DNA of 64,000 nt from Candidatus Thorarchaeota archaeon SMTZ1-45 (GCA_001563335.1 LRSL01000055.1:13030-77029); one strand, 5' to 3'; positions 10,360 to 21,008 are shown, numbered from the stretch's first letter. Translations and numbers: made by a program. The notes: generated by a model from the sequence alone, not told the origin.

Positions 10360-11697
10360 TTGGTTTTAGAAGGTCTAGGAAAGTCACTGAACTCCGCTCT
10401 AAAGAGGCTGTTTGGCGCAAGCGTAGTAGACGAGGAACTCGTGAAGGAGCTAGTGAAGGATATCCAACGTGCATTGCTAGTTGCTGATGTTGATGTCAAT
10501 CTTGTGATGGCAATAACCAAGAGAGTACAAGAACAAGCATTGGATGAAAGACTGCCAAGAGGTGTGTCCCGTCGTGAACATATTGTCCGTGTTGTGTGGG
10601 ACACCTTAGCCTTCTTTCTTGGGGAAAAGACCGTCCCTCTAACAATCAATCCAGGAAAACCCAACCTTGTCATGATGGTTGGCATTCAAGGATCTGGTAA
10701 AACAACCACAATCGGAAAATTGGCACGTTACTACCAGAAGAGAGGTATCAGGACTGGAGTGATTTGCGCAGACAACTTTAGACCTGGAGCATATAATCAA
10801 TTGAAGCAGTTGGCTGAGAAATCAAATGTGCCCTTCTGGGGAGATGAGAGTGAAAAGGATGCCATAAAACTAGCAAAGCAAGGCGTCAGAGAGATGCAAA
10901 AGAAGGGAATCGAGCTCATCCTCTTGGACACCTCAGGTAGACACAGAGAAGAAACAGGGCTAATCAAGGAGATGCGCGATATCTCAAAGAGCGTGAAACC
11001 TCAGGAGATTGTGCTTGTAGTAGATGGTACTCTTGGTCAACAGGCAGGGGTCCAAGCGGCTGCATTCAAGAAAGCCACAGATATTGGATCGATAATAGTG
11101 ACCAAGCTTGATGGAAGTGCCAAGGGAGGTGGTGCCCTCTCTGCAGTGGCTGCAACTCAAGCACCTATCAAATTCATTGGCCTTGGAGAGGGGATGGATG
11201 CGATCGAACCTTTCAATCCAACAAAATTTGTTGGACGTCTTCTTGGTATGTCAGACATCCGAGGACTGATTGAGAAGGTCAAAGAGGCCCAGATAGAGGT
11301 TGAAGAAGATGCAGCTAAACGAATCATGAAGGGACAATTCACACTAAAAGACATGATGGCTCAAATGAAGCAACTCAAAAAGATGGGGCCTATCGGAAAA
11401 GTAATGGAGATGTTGGGGCTTCAATACAAACTTCCTGATGGCATTGCTGAGATTCAAGAAGAGAACATGAAACGTTGGGAAGTCATTATGAATTCAATGA
11501 CCAAGGCAGAGCTGGAAGAACCCAAGCTGATCAAATCATCAAGAATCAAGCGTATTGCGAAAGGTTCTGGAACCTCTCAGAAGGACGTTAGAGACCTCTT
11601 GAAGCAGCATGACCAGATGAAGAAGATGATGAAACACATGGGAAAGCAGCGACGCGGGCGAAAGGGAGCTATCCCTGGTTTTCCAGGACTCCAATGA
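10360..11697 (+). CDS. srp54: Signal recognition particle 54 kDa protein
   Basis: [30 protein letters not shown], Met-rich M domain. Confidence 0.97.
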   Translation: MVLEGLGKSLNSALKRLFGASVVDEELVKELVKDIQRALLVADVDVNLVMAITKRVQEQALDERLPRGVSRREHIVRVVWDTLAFFLGEKTVPLTINPGKPNLVMMVGIQGSGKTTTIGKLARYYQKRGIRTGVICADNFRPGAYNQLKQLAEKSNVPFWGDESEKDAIKLAKQGVREMQKKGIELILLDTSGRHREETGLIKEMRDISKSVKPQEIVLVVDGTLGQQAGVQAAAFKKATDIGSIIVTKLDGSAKGGGALSAVAATQAPIKFIGLGEGMDAIEPFNPTKFVGRLLGMSDIRGLIEKVKEAQIEVEEDAAKRIMKGQFTLKDMMAQMKQLKKMGPIGKVMEMLGLQYKLPDGIAEIQEENMKRWEVIMNSMTKAELEEPKLIKSSRIKRIAKGSGTSQKDVRDLLKQHDQMKKMMKHMGKQRRGRKGAIPGFPGLQ

Positions 11698-11721
11698 ATG
11701 CATCCATAGGTTACCAAAGTT

Positions 11722-12183
11722 GTGATGCTCATGCGTCATTATCTAGTGAGATTCGAAAAGTTTCCAATAGATAAGAGATCTGTAAGAGCAGGTCAAAACA
11801 GCCCCGAAGTTGTGACTGCATGCAGATGCATCAATGTTGGACTATTTCTATCAGGAAGCCTTAGGCAAGACGTGGCAGTGTCCATAGCAATAGGAGTTCC
11901 GGATGATTTGATAGTGATTTCATTTCTTGGAAAATCATTGAGAAGGGTTTCGCCAGAGGAGAGGTCAATTTCTTTTTTCCTGTTAAAGTCAATTGAAAAG
12001 GCGCAGAATCTCAAGATTGATGATATGTTCACTATGGACAATGGAATCGAATTGATACGAGCTTCAAATGAAAAGATCTTAGAGCTATGGGCCTCTGAAA
12101 TTATTCAAGTTCCCTCATCCAATCCAGAAAGGTATATTCTCGACACCAACCTGTCTGCAGATAGGATAGAAAACAAACCATGA
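11722..12183 (+). CDS. Short, divergent TrmY-like (tRNA pseudouridine-54 N1-methyltransferase family) protein
   Basis: CRCINVGLFLSGSLRQD and LRRVSPEERS resemble the TrmY N-terminal half; the C-terminal SPOUT knot is not recognisable. Confidence 0.5.
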   Translation: MMLMRHYLVRFEKFPIDKRSVRAGQNSPEVVTACRCINVGLFLSGSLRQDVAVSIAIGVPDDLIVISFLGKSLRRVSPEERSISFFLLKSIEKAQNLKIDDMFTMDNGIELIRASNEKILELWASEIIQVPSSNPERYILDTNLSADRIENKP

Positions 12184-12244
12184 AGAAAGCTTCATAATCA
12201 CAGAGTTTCTGTTTTCAGTGAAATCAGCCGATGGGTGTGATTCT

Positions 12245-13420
12245 TTGCCTACCAATGTTACCCCAGAATTCGACAAGCAGAGGATTATTTACGAGGAAAC
12301 AGAAGACCTCGCTCAGCGGATAGTAGAGCTTGAAAAACTTCTATCTCTTGCACCTAGACACAAGGGTGCAGAGAGAATGGTGGGGGACTACAGAAAGAAG
12401 TTGGCTACACTCAAAGCTCAGTTTGAGAAGAAACGAGAACAGGAACGTGCGCGTCGAAGTGGTAGTTCAGATGAGGGTGTTATACGAAAAGAGGGGGCTG
12501 GTCAAATCTGTCTTATTGGCGTCACAAACAGCGGAAAATCATCGCTGATCAATGCAGTCACTAATGCAGAATTTGATGTTGGTGACTATCCATTCACAAC
12601 ACCAATTCCCACTCCTGCCATGTTAACTCTGGAGGACATCAATATTCAATTGGTGGAACTTCCAGGCGTCTTTGAAGGCAGCAATGAAGCAGGAATTGGT
12701 CGGCAAGCATTATCCGTAGCTAGAAATACTGATTGTATTGCTCTGGTTATTGACCTCTCTCAGGATATTGAGCAGCAGATGAGGATTATTCTTGGGGAGT
12801 TGGATGCCGCCCGAATTCGTCTTAACAAGGAGAAGTCTGCAATCAGGATTGAGAGAGTTGGTCTGGGGGGTCATATGATCTACGGTGCCCAGAATTTTCA
12901 AGGTGACATTGAAGAGGTCAAGGAATATCTCAAAGCACGTAGAATCACAAACATAATTGTACGGTTTCAAAAACCAGCCACATTCGAACAGCTAGTTGAT
13001 GCAATGGACTCAAGTGTTGCATATGTTCGAGCAATGATTATTGCCACAAAGGGTGACGCAGAGGGGTCTGAGGCTAGATTCAAGGAGCTTGAAGAGAATT
13101 ACAGCCATCGCTTTGACATAATCCCAACCTCCGCCTTGAGAAAAGAGAATCTTGATGGCATGAGCTGGGCATTCTATGAGCATCTTGATATTCTTAGGGT
13201 CTATACAAAGATTCCAGGAAAAAAGAGAGAGGACAAACCCATTGTACTTCCTGAGGGTTCAGTAGTTGAGGATGCTGCACGAAAGGTGCACAAGGAACTC
13301 TTTGTGGAAAGGTTCCGCTCAGCTGTCATACTACGAGACAATGACAAGATCAGGAGGAGAACTGTAGGTCTCAGTTATCCGCTTCAGGATGGAGATGTAT
13401 TACAGCTTGCCCACAGGTAG
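12245..13420 (+). CDS. DRG/OBG-family GTPase with C-terminal TGS domain
   Basis: GVTNSGKS, DYPFTT, ELPG, RVYTK..G TGS domain; probable TTG start at 12245. Confidence 0.88.
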   Translation: MPTNVTPEFDKQRIIYEETEDLAQRIVELEKLLSLAPRHKGAERMVGDYRKKLATLKAQFEKKREQERARRSGSSDEGVIRKEGAGQICLIGVTNSGKSSLINAVTNAEFDVGDYPFTTPIPTPAMLTLEDINIQLVELPGVFEGSNEAGIGRQALSVARNTDCIALVIDLSQDIEQQMRIILGELDAARIRLNKEKSAIRIERVGLGGHMIYGAQNFQGDIEEVKEYLKARRITNIIVRFQKPATFEQLVDAMDSSVAYVRAMIIATKGDAEGSEARFKELEENYSHRFDIIPTSALRKENLDGMSWAFYEHLDILRVYTKIPGKKREDKPIVLPEGSVVEDAARKVHKELFVERFRSAVILRDNDKIRRRTVGLSYPLQDGDVLQLAHR

Positions 13421-13429
13421 GGATGGCAT

Positions 13430-14167
13430 TTGACAGAGTTTCCAAACCTGGTTGTAGTTCTAGTTGGTCCAGAGAATCCCGGGAACACCGGGTCTGTGGC
13501 CAGAGCTTTAGGGAACTTCGGAGTGAACGAGCTAAGAATAGTTGGGGAAGACCATCGACAGGACCAATTTGCTCAGATGCTCTCAGTGCACGCTCATGAG
13601 ATTTTGAACAATGCGGGAGTTTTTAAGAGCCTAGGTTCTGCCCTTGCTGATATTGACTTAGCGTGGGCTGCAACTGCAAGAACAGGTGGAAATCACAGCG
13701 TCACAAGAGCCTTGGTGCCTCTCTCTGAATTGCCTGATCCAAATGCGCTTGAAGGTCGTATTGCACTAGTCTTTGGAAGAGAGAGTACAGGATTGTTCAA
13801 CGATGAGATAGCGTTGTGTGACCTTGCCTTTACAATTCCAGCTTCGAAGGAATATCCAAGTCTAAACCTCAGTCATGCGGTGTCAATTGTACTTTATCAT
13901 CTGTTCTCAAAATTCGCTCCAGAAGAGCCACGAAGGCCCTATGAGACGCGAGCAGCAACATATCAGGAACGAGAACAGGTGTACAAATTTTATGATGCTA
14001 TAGTGGATCATTTGAACCTAAAGGAGCATAAAATCCCAATCGCGAAACAGGTCTTCAGAAATCTTCTAGGAAGGGCCTATATGACAGGGAGAGAGGTCTC
14101 TACACTTACTGGAGTCATCAGACGAATCAGTGAACTTGTAAATGAGCGCGAAAAGCCTGAAGATTAG
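13430..14167 (+). CDS. trmJ: TrmJ-family SPOUT tRNA methyltransferase
   Basis: VVLVGPENPGNTGSVARA, LVFGRESTGL, YPSLNLSHAV. Confidence 0.9.
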   Translation: MTEFPNLVVVLVGPENPGNTGSVARALGNFGVNELRIVGEDHRQDQFAQMLSVHAHEILNNAGVFKSLGSALADIDLAWAATARTGGNHSVTRALVPLSELPDPNALEGRIALVFGRESTGLFNDEIALCDLAFTIPASKEYPSLNLSHAVSIVLYHLFSKFAPEEPRRPYETRAATYQEREQVYKFYDAIVDHLNLKEHKIPIAKQVFRNLLGRAYMTGREVSTLTGVIRRISELVNEREKPED

Positions 14168-14703
14168 TTCCCATAGCCCATCTTACGTTTCAGTTCAGGG
14201 TCAATCTTGTCGAAGACTATCTTGCATGGAGTAGGCATCTTTGGTGCTGCTTTCTTTAGGGCGGTCATTGCTGGACCTATGTGTCGAGGGTTCACTCTAA
14301 CTGTAATCAACGGTTGTCCTGGTCGAACTCGTGCGGCGAGCCCTATTACTTTGCCCCATGCCCTTCGCATTCCATCCTGAACACGGTCTGCACCAGCTCC
14401 GGAGATCATCTTATTCTCACGGAGATAGTGGTAGGGTTTGACACGCATCCGCAGGTGATAGTTCTGTCTACCTACCTTCTTGGTCATCTCCCTGTTGGAG
14501 GCAATACGTGCAGCCTCAAGGGCTTGATGTCTAATCTGGCATCTTTCAAGACCAACCAGGGATAGCTCAACCTCAAATACACCGCTTGCGTCACCCATGT
14601 CAAAGCTAGTCAATCTGCTAGGGGGCTGTCTATGAATATACCGCCGCCTGACAAATGGCTGTCTATCACATTCTCTGTAACAATGACCTGGTCGCTTTCC
14701 CAT
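14164..14703 (-). CDS. rpl10e: 50S ribosomal protein uL16 (L10e)
   Basis: QIRHQALEAARI, LRENKMISGAGADRVQDGMRRAWGK; ATG at 14703. Confidence 0.96.
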   Translation of the reverse strand: MGKRPGHCYRECDRQPFVRRRYIHRQPPSRLTSFDMGDASGVFEVELSLVGLERCQIRHQALEAARIASNREMTKKVGRQNYHLRMRVKPYHYLRENKMISGAGADRVQDGMRRAWGKVIGLAARVRPGQPLITVRVNPRHIGPAMTALKKAAPKMPTPCKIVFDKIDPELKRKMGYGN

Positions 14704-14787
14704 AATCATCACCAATTGGTCCTTTAGCCTAGTAGCTGGCTAGAACTACTCGAAACCGCGGGGATTCCAATAAAAGGATTATGGACT
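14679..14787. repeat. Direct repeat family A, copy 1 (first codons and upstream region of rpl10e)
   Basis: Aligns by eye with 21864-21970 at roughly 80% identity, e.g. cccataatcatcac, agaactactcgaa, gattatggact. Confidence 0.9.
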
Positions 14788-14876
14788 AGACCTTGAAGAA
14801 AAGATTGCAATTCGAGAAGGGAGCATTGGTTCGATTCGTCTAGTCAAATGATGACGATAACTGCAGGACTAGCCCA

Positions 14877-15842
14877 CTAGAGGAGAATAATAGAGCTGCT
14901 AAGACCTAAGATGAGAAGTATTATTAGTATTAGGATAATTTCAAGCCACGTTCTATGTTCAATTATCTTTCTCTTCACATAATGTCTTGTTATTCTGATT
15001 TTCTTGTACTGCGCATAGCTGTAAACGGTTAGCGTAGCTGAGAACAGTATTATCCCCGCGGTGACGATTATTCTATTTGTTGGGTAATCCCAGAAGCCAT
15101 TATTGATTGTTCTTAACACTTCAGCTGATTCGGTAACGTGGTTCAACGGATCATATACAACAACCTTCAAAACGTACACAGAGTTTTCGTATCGAGTGGT
15201 GTCCCAGAGTAGTACACCCTCCAATGTGGTCCCATTGATATCAATCGTTTCATGACAATTAAATGATGATGTAGCAACAACTGTGTCATTAGCATGGAGT
15301 TCGACCATGTAAATAAAAAATCCCTCATCATGCACCCTGAAGCTCACATTTGTGATACCGGTAAGTGGTCCATCAGGAATGTGAGTTTCTTGGATTACCG
15401 GGCCTTCAATATCCCTTCCAACACGACCCTCAATTGTCGCTGCTGAGTCTGCAAAAGGGACACCGCTAACCTTGGAAAACCAGACATACCAAGTGTCACT
15501 ATGTGTTGCTTGGAAGAAAACCATGTTCAACCGACCCTCTTGTGCAGGATAACTATAATCCTCATGCTTAGTAGTTGGCTCACTCCCATTCATGATGGCA
15601 TCTTGACCTGCTTGGTCAACAATGAAGAAGTAAATACCTTCTCCATCGATAATCCGAAAACGCGCATATAGGAGCTCGTCCTGGGTGAAATATAATGAAA
15701 CATTGTGATACTCCCCGGGGTTTATTGTGAGTAACTCCATGTCCTCAACAAGGTCAGCCGTAACCTCTCCTGATTCGCAGAAGACTAGACAACATATAAC
15801 CAAAATACAAAGAATAACCGTCCTACCTGTTGGCAAACACAA
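14877..15842 (-). CDS. Secreted, C-terminally anchored protein with GOLD-like and Ig-like beta-sandwich domains
   Basis: N-terminal signal-like segment; ARFRIIDGEGIYFFIVD...TWYVWFS; WDTT..N..Y.L.V..YD Ig-like pattern; two C-terminal hydrophobic helices. Confidence 0.6.
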   Translation of the reverse strand: MCLPTGRTVILCILVICCLVFCESGEVTADLVEDMELLTINPGEYHNVSLYFTQDELLYARFRIIDGEGIYFFIVDQAGQDAIMNGSEPTTKHEDYSYPAQEGRLNMVFFQATHSDTWYVWFSKVSGVPFADSAATIEGRVGRDIEGPVIQETHIPDGPLTGITNVSFRVHDEGFFIYMVELHANDTVVATSSFNCHETIDINGTTLEGVLLWDTTRYENSVYVLKVVVYDPLNHVTESAEVLRTINNGFWDYPTNRIIVTAGIILFSATLTVYSYAQYKKIRITRHYVKRKIIEHRTWLEIILILIILLILGLSSSIILL

Positions 15843-15907
15843 TCCTCCTACGGAAATAAGAACACATCAGCTAAATTATCTTTCGACCTCAAAAAAGGAG
15901 CTTCTCA

Positions 15908-15990
15908 TTCACCTGTAGTATCAGCCCGCCATACGTTCCTACACGGATGTGTGGCTTCTCGATGATCGGTATCTCAAACAACCGGAGTAC
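15908..15990. repeat. Intergenic repeat family B, copy 1
   Basis: 15934-15990 matches 19413-19469 at 48/57 positions without gaps (manual count). Confidence 0.85.
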
Positions 15991-16027
15991 CATCATCTTT
16001 CATAAGGATTAACGTACTAACATCATT

Positions 16028-16672
16028 GTGGTTTCAGCTGTTCTCTTGATTCTTGGTCTACTGGTTATCGTACTACGAGTCAGCAACATTCACGATGGAC
16101 AAGCATGTTCTGAAAGAATCTATGACTCCCTATATGACTCATGCACAACACTAAGTTCTGACTCCCCAGTAGTTGGTCCTAATATCAGCTGGTTTCCTGA
16201 TCCGAATGTCACTATGGCCATCGATGGCTATTACAATGGTCAGAACCAAGAAATCTTCGATTATTGGGTTTGGGTAAATGATTCTCTAGGAGTTGACTCT
16301 GTGATCTTTCGTTTCAAGTGGAGTAACGACGAAAAGTGGCTGAACAGAACTACTGGATTAATAGAGGGGGATGAGTTTCATGGGAGGTACAAAGGGAATC
16401 TAACTTGGCCAGCTCCCGGTGGTGGCAATTTTCAGTTCAAGGTATTCGCCAACAATACGTTAGGATACTGGAATGAAACTAGTCCTATGTCTGTTTGGTT
16501 TGGCTACTTGTACTGGAATCCGATTTACACCCCACACTTCTGGATTCTGTTCGTGATTCTTCCACTGGTGTCATTGATTGGTCTAGTTGGAGTTTGGAAG
16601 CTTAGACAAAAACGCACGTTATCTTGGACGCATGTGACATCAGCCCACAAAGGATTATGGACTGTGACCTGA
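16028..16672 (+). CDS. Hypothetical surface protein with Ig-like domain and C-terminal membrane anchor
   Basis: N-terminal hydrophobic stretch; VNDSLGVDSV...FKVFANNTLGYWNET; several NxS/T sequons; C-terminal TM helix followed by basic residues. Confidence 0.65.
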   Translation: MVSAVLLILGLLVIVLRVSNIHDGQACSERIYDSLYDSCTTLSSDSPVVGPNISWFPDPNVTMAIDGYYNGQNQEIFDYWVWVNDSLGVDSVIFRFKWSNDEKWLNRTTGLIEGDEFHGRYKGNLTWPAPGGGNFQFKVFANNTLGYWNETSPMSVWFGYLYWNPIYTPHFWILFVILPLVSLIGLVGVWKLRQKRTLSWTHVTSAHKGLWTVT

Positions 16673-16798
16673 GAACAAAGAAATATATCGGGTAAATTCT
16701 CAAGTGATTACCACCTTCCTCAAAGAGCATAAATTGATTCATGTCAATGTATTCTGCGTGGCGTGTGCAAGCACGATTCAGATTTTGGGGGATAAAGA

Positions 16799-17578
16799 TT
16801 GAATCCAATTGAGATTAGAAATCTTGTAAAGTCCTATGGTCATTTGATTGCTGTCAATAACCTATCTTTCGATGTTCGTGAGGGTGAAATCTATGGTCTA
16901 CTAGGACCAAACGGTGCTGGGAAGACAACAACCTTGAAAGTTTTGATGGGACTTTTAGATCCTGATTCAGGAACTGTCAATGTCTTTGGAATCAGTTCGG
17001 TTTCTGATCCTATTGAGGTTAAAAAAAGAGTAGGTTATGTTCCTGAAGAACAACTTCTCTATAATTCGTTAACATCTCGAGAAATCCTTGAGTTCGTAGC
17101 GTCAATTCGTGGCCTCGATTATTTTCATGCAAAAAACCGAGTGACAGAGATGGCTCGTGCACTTGATTTTACAAGTCACTATAATAAACCAATTGTGACA
17201 TTATCTCAAGGGAATAAACAGAAGGCAATGCTTCTCATAGCAATGCTACATGCTCCTGATTTGCTGATACTCGATGAACCTTTCTCTGGTTTGGATGTTA
17301 GAACAACGCGGATAATGAAGGACGTTATTCGTATTCACACAGAAAAAGGTGGATCAGTATTATTAAGTACACACATAATGGAGATGGCTGAGGGTCTCTG
17401 TGATCGTGTTGGTATTATTGATGAAGGTGTTTTGGTAGCAGAAGGAACTCTGGAGGAGCTTCGGGATCAAGCAGAATCTGAAGGAGCTACGCTGGAGAAT
17501 GTATTTCTGAAACTAACAGGTGAAGAGGAGGAAGTCAGAGAGGGCGTCGATGCATTACGGGAGGCTTTGGACAATTGA
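16799..17578 (+). CDS. ABC transporter ATP-binding protein (ABC-2 type)
   Basis: GPNGAGKTT, LSQG signature, ILDEPFSGLD, STH. Confidence 0.93.
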   Translation: MNPIEIRNLVKSYGHLIAVNNLSFDVREGEIYGLLGPNGAGKTTTLKVLMGLLDPDSGTVNVFGISSVSDPIEVKKRVGYVPEEQLLYNSLTSREILEFVASIRGLDYFHAKNRVTEMARALDFTSHYNKPIVTLSQGNKQKAMLLIAMLHAPDLLILDEPFSGLDVRTTRIMKDVIRIHTEKGGSVLLSTHIMEMAEGLCDRVGIIDEGVLVAEGTLEELRDQAESEGATLENVFLKLTGEEEEVREGVDALREALDN

Positions 17579-19221
17579 ATTTTCGTGAGCGTTGGAAGAT
17601 TGCAGGTACCATCGCTCAGGAAATTAGATTTCATGGAATGCTAGAAGCCAACCCTTCCAATCTTTCTAGAATCAAAGAGAAACCTGAACGTGTTGTTAAT
17701 CAAATTAAGAGAAGTGCATCATGGAATGCAATCCTGACGGGGTTTGTCATCATTATGATTGGTTTTCTGATGGTGGCGTCAGTATTATTCCTTGGAATAC
17801 CTGGTGAACGCGAACTGAATTTTGCTATATCGCTTGGAATCTTCCTTGGTCTGGGTTTTGTAATAATATTCTTTGTAAATCTGACCTCCGCAGCCGGATT
17901 CTTCAATGCAGGTGCTATGCTATTACCTTCTACATTGCCATTTAGCAGACCCGATCTGGAGGGATTGATGACCTTGGTCTTTGTACGAATATTCGTAGCT
18001 CCCTACGTCCTGCTTCTGACTATTTTTCCTTTAATAACATCTCTTGCTTTTGGGATTGTCACAGGAATCTTTGTTCTTGGAGCATTAGTAACAACGCTGA
18101 TTTTATCTCTAGGTGCCTTAATCAGAGCAGCGGGATGGTTTCATCAGAAATCGCAGTCTGGTGACGAGTCAGCATTTTCGGTCATCATTCGAGTTGGGGC
18201 AGGCATAGGAATGACTCTCGGTATTGTCATGGCTTACGGCGCTATGAATTTTGTACCATATATTGTTGAATTTATCATCTTTGTTTCAACAGCTTTTAAT
18301 CCGGAAGTTCTGAGTATTTTTGCTCTAATTTTCCCATTCTCCTTTGGATTCGTTGGGGCAATGTTGACATATGGTCTTGTATTCTCTCTCCCAACAAACA
18401 CTATTGCTATTGCTGCATCAATCATCTATGTTTTTCTAAGCCTGCGAAGTTATCGTTCAAGCGGTCGAATATTGCGTTCTCTTGCACTAGGCGGTGTGCC
18501 CATGGCAGTAGCATCCACTATAAGGCCAATCGATTTGCATATCTCTTCTTCAATTCCTGCTCTCATTAGAAAAGATATCCGAGTCGCAACTCGGAGTCTT
18601 GGTTCAATTATGCTCCTTGTGTTTCCTTTTCTTATGATCTTTGTAATCCTTCCTACTTTATTCATCGGATACACTGAATCTACCGTTATACGGAGTTTTT
18701 CGGTTTTAATGGTGGTGGGATATGCTACAATGTTTGCAGGCCTCTCAATAATGGGGCTACTTGGGCTTGATACACAGGGAGCGTCAGTGTATGAAGGATT
18801 ACCACTTCAAACAAGACAAGTTCTTAACTCTAAGATAACCATATTCGCCATTTCTTATGCGGCTACATTATTGATTGTTTTCGTATTACTCCTATCTAGT
18901 CGCTTAATTTCACCATTTCTTCTATTCATACCATTATTTCAACTACCTTGTGGGTATTCAATTGGTGGAGCTGTAGGTGGTGTAATTTATAGGATACGTG
19001 GTGGTGGTCGAGTAACTTCAGTGAATCTTGTAGGTGACCAGGCAGTATCATTCATGGCCCTGATAGTAAGTGCAATAGTTGGCTTTCTACCTTTGATTGG
19101 TTATTCTGTTATCTTATTGCAAACTGGGAGTCATTTGCTATCAATCCTCTCCCAACTGTCAATATCGTTGCTTGAAATGGTTCTGTTACTAATTGGTATA
19201 CCCCGTGTCTTGAGAGATTAA
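17575..19221 (+). CDS. ABC-2 type exporter permease
   Basis: Many TM segments, LIRKDIRVATRS motif, 4-bp overlap with the ATPase gene. Confidence 0.8.
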   Translation: MNFRERWKIAGTIAQEIRFHGMLEANPSNLSRIKEKPERVVNQIKRSASWNAILTGFVIIMIGFLMVASVLFLGIPGERELNFAISLGIFLGLGFVIIFFVNLTSAAGFFNAGAMLLPSTLPFSRPDLEGLMTLVFVRIFVAPYVLLLTIFPLITSLAFGIVTGIFVLGALVTTLILSLGALIRAAGWFHQKSQSGDESAFSVIIRVGAGIGMTLGIVMAYGAMNFVPYIVEFIIFVSTAFNPEVLSIFALIFPFSFGFVGAMLTYGLVFSLPTNTIAIAASIIYVFLSLRSYRSSGRILRSLALGGVPMAVASTIRPIDLHISSSIPALIRKDIRVATRSLGSIMLLVFPFLMIFVILPTLFIGYTESTVIRSFSVLMVVGYATMFAGLSIMGLLGLDTQGASVYEGLPLQTRQVLNSKITIFAISYAATLLIVFVLLLSSRLISPFLLFIPLFQLPCGYSIGGAVGGVIYRIRGGGRVTSVNLVGDQAVSFMALIVSAIVGFLPLIGYSVILLQTGSHLLSILSQLSISLLEMVLLLIGIPRVLRD

Positions 19222-19340
19222 ATAGAAGATATTGTTGTCAAACTGTACACATGGATTCTTTCTTGCTGTAGAGATGATTATCGTTGCTGAATTGGTCTGG
19301 TGGTGTCGATTAATTGAGAATGGATGAGATGTGTTTCATG

Positions 19341-19469
19341 CGAGAATAAATCGCCCTACTTTGTATTAATCCCGAGAGAGAGTCACACTGGTAGCACCAG
19401 TGGATCGAGTCGCGTTTCTACACTGATGTGTGATATCTCGGTTATCGGTATCTCAAATAACCGGAGTGC
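19341..19469. repeat. Intergenic repeat family B, copy 2 (longest)
   Basis: 5' part aligns with 21044-21098 (cgagaataaa...ttgtat.aat...tcacactggt); 3' part aligns with 15934-15990. Confidence 0.85.
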
Positions 19470-19584
19470 AGGCTTGCTCGAACATGCTTACAATTCAGAT
19501 GAACAGTACACATCAACAACCTTCCAACATTTTATCAACATCCCAAGCGGGATATAGACGAATGATATGAGAACGTGACATTGA

Positions 19585-20043
19585 ATGATAATTATCACTG
19601 TGGTCACACTACTAGCATGGAGATTACTCAGACGCTTTAGAAAGCAGTATTCACTTGCCATATTTCTCGTTGTGATAGCTATAACCTCATTTCTCGTCAT
19701 GTACGATGTTAAGACTGCTGGAGTGTTTCGAGAGAACATAACGCCGGATTATGACATTGTTCACTACAACAGTTTCGTATTGTTCCCATTTGTTGTTCAG
19801 AAGCATCACAACTGGTCATCGCAGGAGTACTTCTATCGAGTTCTCCTCTTGGGTCGCGAAGGGAGTGTGAAGTATGAGGAAACTCCAAAGCCAGACCAGA
19901 GCGAGTACATGCATTTGTCCCTCGTAGTGATCTCTGCAATATTCTGTGTTCTAGGGTTCCTCTCCGCTTCATTGGTAATTATCGTTGTTGAGTTTGTTAA
20001 TTGGTATCGATTCAGGAAGGGAGTGCGGTGCGAAGAAAGGTAG
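19585..20043 (+). CDS. Hypothetical membrane protein
   Basis: 152-aa ORF with three hydrophobic segments. Confidence 0.55.
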   Translation: MIIITVVTLLAWRLLRRFRKQYSLAIFLVVIAITSFLVMYDVKTAGVFRENITPDYDIVHYNSFVLFPFVVQKHHNWSSQEYFYRVLLLGREGSVKYEETPKPDQSEYMHLSLVVISAIFCVLGFLSASLVIIVVEFVNWYRFRKGVRCEER

Positions 20044-21008
20044 TGGTAATATCAATAGCAGTAATTATCCTAGTCCTAATCCTTGTCTATTTTCGACCTC
20101 CTTCTTATCATACGACACCAGAAGGAATTCCAGTTTTAGATTCCGTCTTTGCAGAATTAGTTGACCAAGATCCAGATCCGGTTGTTTTCCCACAGTTTCC
20201 GGTTGTTGAAACTCCATTATCTATCACGATGGATTGCGACTACAGCCAATTTGAAAAAGTGAATGAGAGCATTGCACTGTTAGCATCGATTGAATTCAGC
20301 TTGAAAGTCTGGTATCTGACGGAATATAATCTGACAATAGACACAGATTGGACTATTCTTGATGACGAAATTTGGCGTTTCAGATTCCATGATGATAGTG
20401 TAGATGTCTATGTGTCAGTGAATTCGATATCGGGGAAAGTTTGTGGTTTTTCTTCCGTATGGCCTATTGGTGAATCACCATTCTTGCCAAATACATCGGA
20501 AAACCAATTTGCCAACTCTTCAGAACTGGAGCAATTAGCAATCGATTTCTTCAATCAATTCAACTACTCATTATCACCTCATGCAAGATATATTGGTCCT
20601 AATCTAAGATATGACTATGCCTTTCATCATGACGTTTTTGTGATTTCATTTTCTAACGTAGTTAATAATATATTAATCGAAAGTGGAATACATCTTCGTC
20701 TTGATGTTGAAGCAAATGCAATCTTAAGTTTCAGTTATACTTGGGTACATGTCGATGCCCTTCCAATAGAGAATATAATTTCCCTTGAACAAGCTAGTCA
20801 ATATGCACGGAGTTATCTAACAGAAGAAGCTAATATTTCGCAATTTACAATAAATACAGTAGAACTTCTTTTCGACAGGACTTGGACACCAGTAGGCGAC
20901 CTTTATCGACTAGGCTGGATTGTTTCCATTGACTCTGAATATATAGTAGGGTTAAAGATTGATGCAAAAAGTGGATTCATCTATGATATTGGATACAAGG
21001 TAGTCTAG
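20028..21008 (+). CDS. Hypothetical membrane-anchored extracellular protein with PepSY/YcdB-like repeats
   Basis: N-terminal TM; VSVNSISGKV, ISLEQASQYARSYL and IDAKSGFIY PepSY-like motifs; probable GTG start after GGAG. Confidence 0.6.
   Translation: MRRKVVVISIAVIILVLILVYFRPPSYHTTPEGIPVLDSVFAELVDQDPDPVVFPQFPVVETPLSITMDCDYSQFEKVNESIALLASIEFSLKVWYLTEYNLTIDTDWTILDDEIWRFRFHDDSVDVYVSVNSISGKVCGFSSVWPIGESPFLPNTSENQFANSSELEQLAIDFFNQFNYSLSPHARYIGPNLRYDYAFHHDVFVISFSNVVNNILIESGIHLRLDVEANAILSFSYTWVHVDALPIENIISLEQASQYARSYLTEEANISQFTINTVELLFDRTWTPVGDLYRLGWIVSIDSEYIVGLKIDAKSGFIYDIGYKVV

Noticed and set aside
14840-14872. CTAGTC-ATGATGA-...-GACTAG, a box-C motif inside a short stem
   Set aside because: No CTGA box D (the sequence reads CTGC) and too short for a guide RNA; at most a remnant or terminator hairpin
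19273-19320. ATGATTA...CTGA as a possible second C/D RNA
   Set aside because: Only a 6-nt spacer, no second box pair and no terminal stem
19324-19557. 77-aa ORF in the ORF track
   Set aside because: Overlies repeat family B, whose copies differ by frame-breaking indels; no protein-like features
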